DNA of 64,000 nucleotides from an uncultured Rhizobiaceae bacterium (GTDB lineage Bacteria; Pseudomonadota; Alphaproteobacteria; Rickettsiales; UBA1997): NCBI GenBank assembly GCA_964493475.1, contig CAZBNS010000001.1, positions 9,099 to 73,098 of the forward strand, read 5' to 3'. Shown piece by piece: positions 58,001 to 64,000 of this stretch (position 1 is its first letter; each line of letters starts with the position of its first letter). The notes under the pieces were generated by a model. It saw only the letters and a program-made list of their open reading frames with translations, ran no database searches and was not told where the DNA came from. The position numbers and the translations under genes were made by a program.

Positions 58001-58788
58001 GGTATATCAGCAAACAATTCAGCCATTTCTTCAGAACTTTTAAAATAATGCTCCTGCGTTTGTTTTTTTCTATCTTGCTCAGTAATATACCTACCCGCAG
58101 CAATACAAGACAATACATCCTGCGCCTTAAACATACTTTTATTCAAGAAATAACAATCATTCGTTGCCACAAGCGGAATATTATGTTTATACGCCAAATC
58201 AATAAAAGCCTGTTCCGTATCAATTTCCTCTTTTATACCATGCCTCAGCAGCTCAACATACAATCTATCGCCATAGATTTCCTTCAATTCAAGCAGCATT
58301 TTCTCAGCCAATTGAGGCTTTTTCTTAAGCAACAATTTACCAACCAATCCTTCATAACCGCCAGTCAAACAAATAACGCCAGCGCTTTTAGATTTAAGCC
58401 ATTCAAATTCAATATGCGGTTCAATATTGCCCTTTCTTTTCAAAAAATTATCACTAGCCAACGCAACAAGATTATAATAGCCCTCATCAGTTTGAGCTAT
58501 CAAAACAAGCTTGCAAAAATTCCTTTCGCCATAAATATCACCCTCTTCTTTTTCAAAATAAGCTTTAGCCTCAATCAAAAATTCGCAACCAACAATCGCC
58601 TGCACTCCCTCACCAACAGCAGCAGAAGAATATTCCAAAGCCCCAAACATGTTGCCAGTATCAGTCATAGCCACAGCAGGCATTCCAAGTTCTTTGGCTT
58701 TAGCAATCATTTTTTTAATTTTTAATGCACCAGAGCAAATGGAGTATTCGGTGTGGTTTCTTAAATGGATGAATTTTGGAGATGTCAT
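55069..58788 (-). CDS. dnaE: DNA polymerase III alpha subunit
   Basis: 1239 aa with an N-terminal PHP domain (FIHLRNHTEYS), a polymerase core (PDFDVDF, GLVKFDFLGL) and a C-terminal OB region. Confidence 0.95.
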   Translation of the reverse strand: MTSPKFIHLRNHTEYSICSGALKIKKMIAKAKELGMPAVAMTDTGNMFGALEYSSAAVGEGVQAIVGCEFLIEAKAYFEKEEGDIYGERNFCKLVLIAQTDEGYYNLVALASDNFLKRKGNIEPHIEFEWLKSKSAGVICLTGGYEGLVGKLLLKKKPQLAEKMLLELKEIYGDRLYVELLRHGIKEEIDTEQAFIDLAYKHNIPLVATNDCYFLNKSMFKAQDVLSCIAAGRYITEQDRKKQTQEHYFKSSEEMAELFADIPEAIENTVVIAKRISTMAYSRKPTLPHFQLPEGMTEAQAMREISIKGLEERLKQKYVNEKITDEEEKKRIYDEYFNQLEFELDVITKMDFPGYFLIVADFIVWSKTHDVPIGPGRGSGAGSVVAWSMKITDLDPIKFKLFFERFLNPERVSMPDFDVDFCQRGRERSIKYVQEKYGYDMVAQIITFGKLQSKMVIKDVGRVLQMSYGDVDKISKMIPMNATLEEALEQDEDLRMQQQKDPQIGELISIALELEGLNRHSSVHAAGVVIGDKPIQKICALYSDGVEGSMPVVQYSMKYAEKVGLVKFDFLGLKTLTIIKDALDFIEERGIKIDIDNIPLDDKGVYNMLVEGDSLGVFQVESSGMKSMLKQIKPDNIEDIIALVSLYRPGPMDSIPTYIKRKHGLEKIEYLHPKMEPILKDTYGIIIYQEQVMNIAKSLAGYTLGGADLLRRAMGKKIKEEMDKQRDVFVEGAEKFSGIDADLGNKIFDLLAKFAEYGFNKAHAAAYAVISYQTAYLKHYYPVEYLISSTNMDIADSDKTNFYLADLRAHGIKILPPDINKSETLFKVEMGPIDSLSAKNPDIIYKNAKKYHEDKELAVRYGFSGIKGVGENVGDEIVAEREKNGDFKNIFDFVERMSGKVINKKTMEALAKAGAFDNIHSNRKQIHDSCEVLSKYCVSFNEEKNSTQLSLFGGIDVLNNTKPILARTDDWFGVERYQKEFEAFGFYLAGHPLDSLKKALDERGITYSNELDTDAIIDGDKIRVAGVVISTSIKSSARGRYAFVSVSDAKGMIEVAIFNNDLIIAHKDWLDDKEHLQLEFDCMVKKDDGGFRAIVNDFQLLQDFIKNTKPNSLPKIVHRQPKREWNGEKKPWQQNGENNFYKKKEEKKITDDPIVAQKMAESIKIIEKIDIYIKNQAPLKDLAKIINNSKKDGAKTWTKIILHITGSEKETLMDLGEGYQIYPLEKKRIVETMGVERVE

Positions 58789-58802
58789 AATTTAATATAA
58801 AC

Positions 58803-59585
58803 TTAATTCAAATTCATTTTACTAGTACATAAATTCAACAATGAATACATCCTGAAAAACAAATATGTCATTGTATTATCATCATTTATTGGAATTTTAG
58901 ATTTCTCGCTATGCCTTATCATATAAGTATTTCCAATCTCAGTTAATAAGTTAAATTCTTTACAAAAATCATCTTCTTTAACATTAACACTTATTAACTT
59001 CAATACTTGTTCTGCAGATTTCTTTTTATCTTCTTCAGGTGTTAATGTTTTTATTCTTTCAAAAGCATCCCACAGTTTCTCTAGTGCTGTTTTTTTATCA
59101 TTCTCAATAAAATATTTTCTAGCATTCTCTATATAATTATTAAATTCACCATCGCTTGTTTTTATTTCATTATCAAACAATAGTTCAGTGTTTATATTCA
59201 AACTAAAAATATGATTAATATCCAAATAATCTTTATAACTACCTTTTATAAAATTTTCAAATTCATCCATTGCTTTATCTTTTAAATTTGGATCGTCAAA
59301 ATTACATTTCCTAAAAATTACTTCTTCTATTATTTTCAAAATTTTTTCATCGTCAAAATTATTAAATATTAGTTTTAAAATATCTATATTATCTTTGTTC
59401 CAAAGATATGGAACTGTTTCCCATTCATCTTTAAATATTAATTTAAAATAAGTAATATCTTTATTGGAATATTTTTCTAATATCTTAATCACTAAATCCA
59501 CAAAATCATTAATAAAAGTAAGATTATTTCTTCTTAATTCTTTTATTTTTTCTATTTTAAAATTTTCTTTAGTTTTTTGTTCCAT
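58803..59585 (-). CDS. Hypothetical protein upstream of dnaE
   Basis: 260-aa ORF 14 nt upstream of dnaE on the same strand. The C-terminal half is helical (ALEKLWDAFERIK...EIGNTYMIRHSE). No secure family assignment. Confidence 0.4.
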   Translation of the reverse strand: MEQKTKENFKIEKIKELRRNNLTFINDFVDLVIKILEKYSNKDITYFKLIFKDEWETVPYLWNKDNIDILKLIFNNFDDEKILKIIEEVIFRKCNFDDPNLKDKAMDEFENFIKGSYKDYLDINHIFSLNINTELLFDNEIKTSDGEFNNYIENARKYFIENDKKTALEKLWDAFERIKTLTPEEDKKKSAEQVLKLISVNVKEDDFCKEFNLLTEIGNTYMIRHSEKSKIPINDDNTMTYLFFRMYSLLNLCTSKMNLN

Positions 59586-59635
59586 AATTTTATTCCCAAA
59601 AATTTTATAATATTTTAAAATTACTATTTAAAACA

Positions 59636-59711
59636 CCGGATTCCCACCTTTGCAGGAATGACAATTCCCCATTCAGTCCAGTTTTTGTCATTTCCGCGAA
59701 GGCGGAAATCC
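59636..59711. repeat. Second type of palindromic element (Rickettsia-RPE-like hairpins)
   Basis: CCGGATTCCCACCTTTGCAGGAATGACA...TGTCATTTCCGCGAAGGCGGAAATCC forms two adjacent hairpins of the GTCATTCC...GGAATGAC style. Confidence 0.5.
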
Positions 59712-59953
59712 ATATACCAGTAAAATCATTAAACACTATATTTAAACCAAGCATTTCAATAAAACTTATTCCGATTAAATCATAAATAATTCATTTAATT
59801 TTTCAACAAATTACTTTAACTATTATTTTTATAGGCTTGATAACAAAATAACAGCAGAAATCTCTGCTGTCATCCGTTCTATTTAATAAGAACTATAAGA
59901 CTTTTTTAAAACTATTTCTTTTTAGTATCTTTCTTTTCTACCATAGTTCCTCC

Positions 59954-59991
59954 AAAAAAATTATTCTTACTATAGTTATTAAAGTAAGAAT
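59954..59991 (-). terminator. Rho-independent terminator downstream of yajQ
   Basis: On the minus strand, ATTCTTACT-(11 nt)-AGTAAGAAT is followed by AATTTTTTT. Confidence 0.5.
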
Positions 59992-60254
59992 ATTTTTATA
60001 AATGTCAAATAACATTATTTATCGTAATCAAAGCTTATTTTTCAATATATCATAAAAATTATATCAAAATAATAAAATATTTTTAATCAATTTACTAATG
60101 CTAGAAAAATATTGCGAGAAAAGGTATTTTATAAAAAATTTTTCTATAAAAAAATAAATTAAATATAATTATTTTTTATATACATTATTATTAAGATACA
60201 ACTTTAATATTGTAATAAATTTGTTTGCTGTTTAGGACTTTTATCAATATAATT

Positions 60255-60746
60255 CTAGTTTCTAAAATTAATGTATTGCAAAGGCAAATCCAAATTTAAA
60301 TTTTTAATTAATTGAATTGCTTCTTGCAAATCATCCCTATTTTTTCCAGTAATTCTTAATTCCTGTCCTTGAATTGAGGCTTGAACTTTAAGTTTTGAGT
60401 CCTTAATAGCTTTAGTAATTTTTTTAGATTCTTCTTGCTCTATTCCTTCTTTTATCTTGACAATTTGCCTCAAACTATTTCCAGTGGCTTTTTCTGGCTC
60501 TTTAAAATCAAGAGCTCTGGAATCCAATCCACGCCTAGTAAAGCAGCCTTTTAATGAAGTATGTATTTGACCTAAGCAATAATCGCTTTCTGCAGTAATA
60601 GTCAATTGTTTTTCTTTTTTATCTAAGTCTAACGACCATTTTACATTTTTAAAATCATATCTATTTCCAATTTCTCTTTGAACTCCGTTTATAGCATTTA
60701 AAACTTCTTGATAATCTATTTGAGATACAACATCAAAACTCGGCAT
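60255..60746 (-). CDS. yajQ: YajQ-family nucleotide-binding protein (UPF0234)
   Basis: Has the MPSFDVVSQIDYQEVLNAINGVQREIGNRYDFK start, 163 aa. Confidence 0.9.
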   Translation of the reverse strand: MPSFDVVSQIDYQEVLNAINGVQREIGNRYDFKNVKWSLDLDKKEKQLTITAESDYCLGQIHTSLKGCFTRRGLDSRALDFKEPEKATGNSLRQIVKIKEGIEQEESKKITKAIKDSKLKVQASIQGQELRITGKNRDDLQEAIQLIKNLNLDLPLQYINFRN

Positions 60747-60896
60747 GTTAAACTAATTATTTATTCAATTTATTATTGTAGTTATTAGATTTTATATTGC
60801 AATAAATTACGAGAAATTGCTTTCGGCAATTATATATACTAAAGCTTTTTAACGTAGTTATAAGTATATAATTATTAATTTATTTATACTTATTTC

Positions 60897-60924
60897 TTGC
60901 AAAATAATTTCTATTTTATAATAC
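60897..60924 (+). promoter_or_regulatory. Promoter of RNA copy B
   Basis: TTGCAA (60897-902), 16 nt, TAATAC(T) (60919-24). Confidence 0.45.
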
Positions 60925-60928
60925 TCAT

Positions 60929-61127
60929 ATTGCCTACGGGCAAAGTTGACGGCTTCAAAAACCGAAAGCATATTTAATTTAGTTCGCAGGTCTTTGTTGT
61001 ATTTACAGCTCTGTAAATATAGCGGAGGCTTGCGGTTATAATAGGCTATTTTATAGCTTAAAAGGCTGTAAGGGCTGATATGCTCAGTTTTTTGAACCTC
61101 CGCACTTTCTTAAGTGCGATTTTTATT
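60929..61127 (+). ncRNA. Candidate structured RNA / cis-regulatory leader, copy B
   Basis: Elements are the 5' hairpin TTGCC-TACG-GGCAA (UNCG-type loop), a variable hairpin at 61000-61019, a closing helix GCGGAGG (61022-28)/CCTCCGC (61097-103) around two hairpins, and a terminator CGCACTT-TCTT-AAGTGCG + T-run (61101-61127). Confidence 0.5.
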
Positions 61128-61148
61128 AATTAAAAAATGAGGTCTAAA

Positions 61149-61430
61149 ATGGACGAACTGATGAAAAATGATTTACTCAAGAGAATTTATCTTTTAGAAA
61201 AAGATAAAAACTTTGAAAAGAAAATCAAAATTAATAATGCAATTAATGAAGAATTAATTGATGTAATAAGAAACATATTACGATATTATATTGATAATAA
61301 AATAATAGTAAGAGGAGATGTAATTGGTTTAAGAAATGTACTTAATTATATAATAAAGACATGTAGAGTTAAATATGGTGAAGAGAAGAAATTTGAAAGG
61401 TTAACCAAAGTTATTAATAGAATTAAGTGA
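61149..61430 (+). CDS. Small helical protein, paralog B (93 aa from the second ATG)
   Basis: GAGG (61139-42) lies 6 nt upstream of ATG 61149. The N-terminal MDELMKNDLLK(K/R)IYLLEK is shared with paralog A, and the rest is ~45% identical by eye. Confidence 0.55.
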   Translation: MDELMKNDLLKRIYLLEKDKNFEKKIKINNAINEELIDVIRNILRYYIDNKIIVRGDVIGLRNVLNYIIKTCRVKYGEEKKFERLTKVINRIK

Positions 61431-61432
61431 GT

Positions 61433-61476
61433 TGTAGCCTTCCCCCTTTGTCAAGTCTGTTGATAAAGGGGAGCTA
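61433..61476. repeat. Palindromic repeat element (copy 7, minimal hairpin)
   Basis: TGTAGCCTTCCCCCTTTGTCAAGTCTGTTGATAAAGGGGAGCTA lies 3 nt after the stop of the small protein gene. Confidence 0.6.
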
Positions 61477-61533
61477 TATAATATAAAATAAATATTTTTC
61501 TATAATACATATCTTATAAACTAATGGCTTAAA

Positions 61534-62250
61534 TTACAAACATCCCAAAATTCTAAATAACAATCCAAAAGCCACACCGCAAAAGGCTCCCCACAAAACC
61601 AGCCATTCAAAATATTCTTTTATAGCCTCATAAGTTAGTAATTGAATATGTGCCAAAACAGACATTTCTAGCTTTCCGTCAATTATTGGCAAAATTTCTT
61701 CTTCAAAAAATATATTGCCGCTTTTCTTTTTCTCTTCTTCGTTGAATCCATTTTCTAACTTCATTTTAATTGCGCCCTCTATTTCATAAATCTTATTTAG
61801 AATGCTATCTTTTATTATTTCTTTAACTTTTTCACTTTGAAAAGCTCTCAAAACATTATTAAACGCTAAATGGTTAATATTGCTTTCTATATCTCTTTTG
61901 TCGTCATCTGTAATTATGCAAGCGCAATCTTGTTTTAAAATTTCAAAATCTTTTCTTCCAAAAATATCTCTTACTAAAAATGTTTTAGTGGGTAAAAAAT
62001 AGTTCCTAATCTCATCGGTTGTATATAAGAAATACAATTTATCCAGCAATATTTGCAAAGCCAGCCAATTTATAACGGAGCATGTTAAACCAAAGCATCC
62101 CGCAGCTTTCAAATAAGATGAAGTTTGCGTATAGCCATATTTTTTTATAATGAATGAGGAAAGCACTAGTAAAATCAAAAAACAATTGGTAAATATAATC
62201 TTATTGTCGTCTAAAAATTTTTTGAACATAATTTTATATTTTATTGCCAT
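61534..62250 (-). CDS. Membrane protein (DUF445-like)
   Basis: Has N- and C-terminal TM segments flanking a helical soluble region. INWLALQILLDKL resembles the DUF445 N-terminal motif. Confidence 0.4.
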   Translation of the reverse strand: MAIKYKIMFKKFLDDNKIIFTNCFLILLVLSSFIIKKYGYTQTSSYLKAAGCFGLTCSVINWLALQILLDKLYFLYTTDEIRNYFLPTKTFLVRDIFGRKDFEILKQDCACIITDDDKRDIESNINHLAFNNVLRAFQSEKVKEIIKDSILNKIYEIEGAIKMKLENGFNEEEKKKSGNIFFEEEILPIIDGKLEMSVLAHIQLLTYEAIKEYFEWLVLWGAFCGVAFGLLFRILGCL

Positions 62251-62294
62251 CTAATTATATATATAATTAGTAGAATTTAAAAGTAAATATAATA

Positions 62295-62990
62295 TTAAAG
62301 TTGTAATAATATATTGAAAATATCACTGCTATTTTTAGCAATTTCCTCAAGCTTTTCTAATGTTATAATATTGTTTTGATTAAAACATCCAACAGACAAT
62401 CTTCTTAAAAAACTAACATAACCTACGGTATTTAAAGCCTTTGCCAAATCAACAGCCAAACTTCTAACATAAAACCCTTTTCCACATTTAACTTGAAATT
62501 TTGCAGTTTTTTCAGAGGTAAAACCCAAAAAATTCAAACTATAAACTTTAACCTTTCTCGCCTCTAATTCAACATTTTTATTACATCTCACCAAATCACA
62601 GGCTCTTTTTCCACCAACTTTTATTGCAGAAAAAACAGGCGGAACTTGTAAAATATCACCAATAAAATTAGGAATAATATTTAAAATTTCTTTTTCAGTG
62701 GGTATTTTATCATTTTTTTCAACTACTTCACCTTCTGCGTCATAAGTATCCCTAAATTCTCCAAATGTTATTTCAAAAAGATATTCCTTCTCAAACGACA
62801 TCATTTTTTCCGTAGTCTTGGTAGCCTTATTTATGCATATTGGCAGAACACCAGTTGCAAGTGGATCCAACGTTCCGCCATGCCCAACTTTTTTGGCTTT
62901 TAATATTTTTTTTACTATTGCTACGACCTTTGCCGAAGAATAACCCAAAGGCTTGTCTATATTAAGCCAGCCACTTAATTCAGTCTGCAT
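62295..62990 (-). CDS. truB: tRNA pseudouridine(55) synthase
   Basis: Contains GHGGTLDPLATGVLPI with the catalytic Asp. Confidence 0.9.
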   Translation of the reverse strand: MQTELSGWLNIDKPLGYSSAKVVAIVKKILKAKKVGHGGTLDPLATGVLPICINKATKTTEKMMSFEKEYLFEITFGEFRDTYDAEGEVVEKNDKIPTEKEILNIIPNFIGDILQVPPVFSAIKVGGKRACDLVRCNKNVELEARKVKVYSLNFLGFTSEKTAKFQVKCGKGFYVRSLAVDLAKALNTVGYVSFLRRLSVGCFNQNNIITLEKLEEIAKNSSDIFNILLQL

Positions 62991-62992
62991 TT

Positions 62993-63388
62993 TTAAAAAA
63001 TCCTTTGCTCAAGTTTATCTTTTTCTTTGTAATTGGTATTAAAATACTCTAAAAACTTTTCTTTTGCTTCTTTTTTATTGTTTCCGTTAGATATTCCCAA
63101 AAATTCATATCCATCGTCGGAAAGCTGCTTTGACTTCCAATCAGAAAAACACACTGCTATATAAGAACAAACAATCAAATAACCGACAAGCTTAAGCGAT
63201 ATATTTAACACAAAACCCAGCAGAACAAAAAATAAAAAAAATAACAACGCCTTTCCCCACATTTTATGATAGAATAAATATAGATCTTGAAACATCAAAG
63301 CAAATACATCAAAACCATTTTTTACTATTCTTAAATCTTCAATTTTTCCATCCGCATTTCTTTTTAAAAATATTTTATATGTTTTCAT
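62993..63388 (-). CDS. DUF2628-like small membrane protein
   Basis: Shows the KNGFDVFALMF...LFYHKMWGKALLFF pattern followed by TM helices. Confidence 0.5.
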   Translation of the reverse strand: MKTYKIFLKRNADGKIEDLRIVKNGFDVFALMFQDLYLFYHKMWGKALLFFLFFVLLGFVLNISLKLVGYLIVCSYIAVCFSDWKSKQLSDDGYEFLGISNGNNKKEAKEKFLEYFNTNYKEKDKLEQRIF

Positions 63389-63995
63389 ATATTGAAATAA
63401 TTGTTTTTATTCTTTTTTCCATAAATTCATCTATATTTTGTCTTAAAATATCACTAAAAATTTCCAAACCGCCTTTTACATCACCTTTTTGAATTTTAAA
63501 CATAGCTCCTTGCTCGTTAACTAACAATAACAATGGATTATCTGGATTACTTAATTTTGCTATAAGGTTTTTAATAGCCCCATCATTACTATTATCATTT
63601 TTATTAATCATCAAATTTAAAGCATTTAAACCGGCCAAATTTCTCAAAAATAAATCATTATTTTTCATATTATATACTTCCATATATAATTCTATAGCCT
63701 TATCAATTTCATTATTCAAAATAGACAAATCAGCCAATCTCAAGCCAACTATGCTTTTCATATCATCCGTTATATATTTTGATTTATATATTGCATTCAA
63801 AAGATTTGCAGCCTCACTTTCGTTATTTTTATTTAAATAATTCATAGCTTGGTAATAATTGACTATTAACTCTTTTTTCCTATCTTCTTTCCTATCGGAA
63901 ATAAAAATAACAAAAAAAATAACAACCAAAACAAAGCAAATAAAATAAATTATTTGTGAAAGATACGTTTCTATAAAATCTTTTACAAAATCCAA
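63375..63995 (-). CDS. Membrane-anchored TPR-like protein (YfgM-like)
   Basis: Has one N-terminal TM helix followed by helical repeats (YYQAMNYL..., AIELYMEVY). It overlaps the downstream gene by 14 nt. Confidence 0.35.
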   Translation of the reverse strand: MDFVKDFIETYLSQIIYFICFVLVVIFFVIFISDRKEDRKKELIVNYYQAMNYLNKNNESEAANLLNAIYKSKYITDDMKSIVGLRLADLSILNNEIDKAIELYMEVYNMKNNDLFLRNLAGLNALNLMINKNDNSNDGAIKNLIAKLSNPDNPLLLLVNEQGAMFKIQKGDVKGGLEIFSDILRQNIDEFMEKRIKTIISIYENI

Positions 63996-64000
63996 ACTAA

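Noticed and set aside
58048-58725. 225-aa ORF antisense to dnaE, and other antisense ORFs at 55502-55771, 55764-55970, 57191-57388, 57682-57945 and 57900-58118
   Set aside because: These are shadow frames inside a well-supported 1239-aa dnaE. Their composition is low-complexity and Leu/Phe/Ile/Ser-rich, as expected from the reverse strand of AT-rich coding DNA.
59912-59944. 10-codon ORF (MVEKKDTKKK) with a perfect GGAGG upstream on the minus strand
   Set aside because: It lies immediately downstream of a strong terminator with no promoter of its own, and it is too short to evaluate. It is noted only as a possible leader peptide and not called.

Overview
Strongly AT-rich bacterial chromosome segment. 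By gene content and repeat style it looks like an alphaproteobacterium with a Rickettsiales-type lifestyle; this is an inference from a phage GapR/DUF2312 gene, pccB, lpxB and Rickettsia-like palindromic repeats. Positions 1 to ~32.45 kb are the right-hand part of an apparently intact temperate prophage. The minus strand carries Cro-like, replication, TerS/TerL, portal, scaffold, lysis cassette, capsid, tail-tube-sized and internal-protein-sized genes. The plus strand carries a cI-like repressor with two passenger genes, then RecT/YqaJ recombination genes, helicase, GapR, NinB-like, DNA methyltransferase, YopX, Xis-like and a tyrosine integrase. The prophage abuts tRNA-Thr(CGU), and its left end lies beyond the window. 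Positions 32.5-64 kb are host housekeeping genes: lptA-like, lpxB, rlmN, peroxiredoxin, a very divergent glyQ/glyS, pccB, P-type ATPase, a MurF-like/hydrolase/Ddl-like operon, nagB, dnaE, yajQ, truB, and two tRNA-Arg. These are interspersed with at least 7 copies of a nested palindromic repeat family. The most unusual signal is a duplicated module of promoter, ~200-nt structured RNA, intrinsic terminator and a ~93-aa helical protein. It is present in inverted orientation on both sides of dnaE, and hairpins are preserved by compensatory or replacement changes between the copies. Other items worth follow-up are a cI-linked membrane protein + RhuM pair, a long structured early leader in the prophage, a membrane-anchored MurF-like ligase operon, an endolysin relic next to tRNA-Arg, and a G34/U34 tRNA-Arg pair. 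All coordinates of hairpins and motifs were counted by hand (expect +/-2 nt). No database searches or computations were run, and functional calls rest on motifs I recognise by eye.
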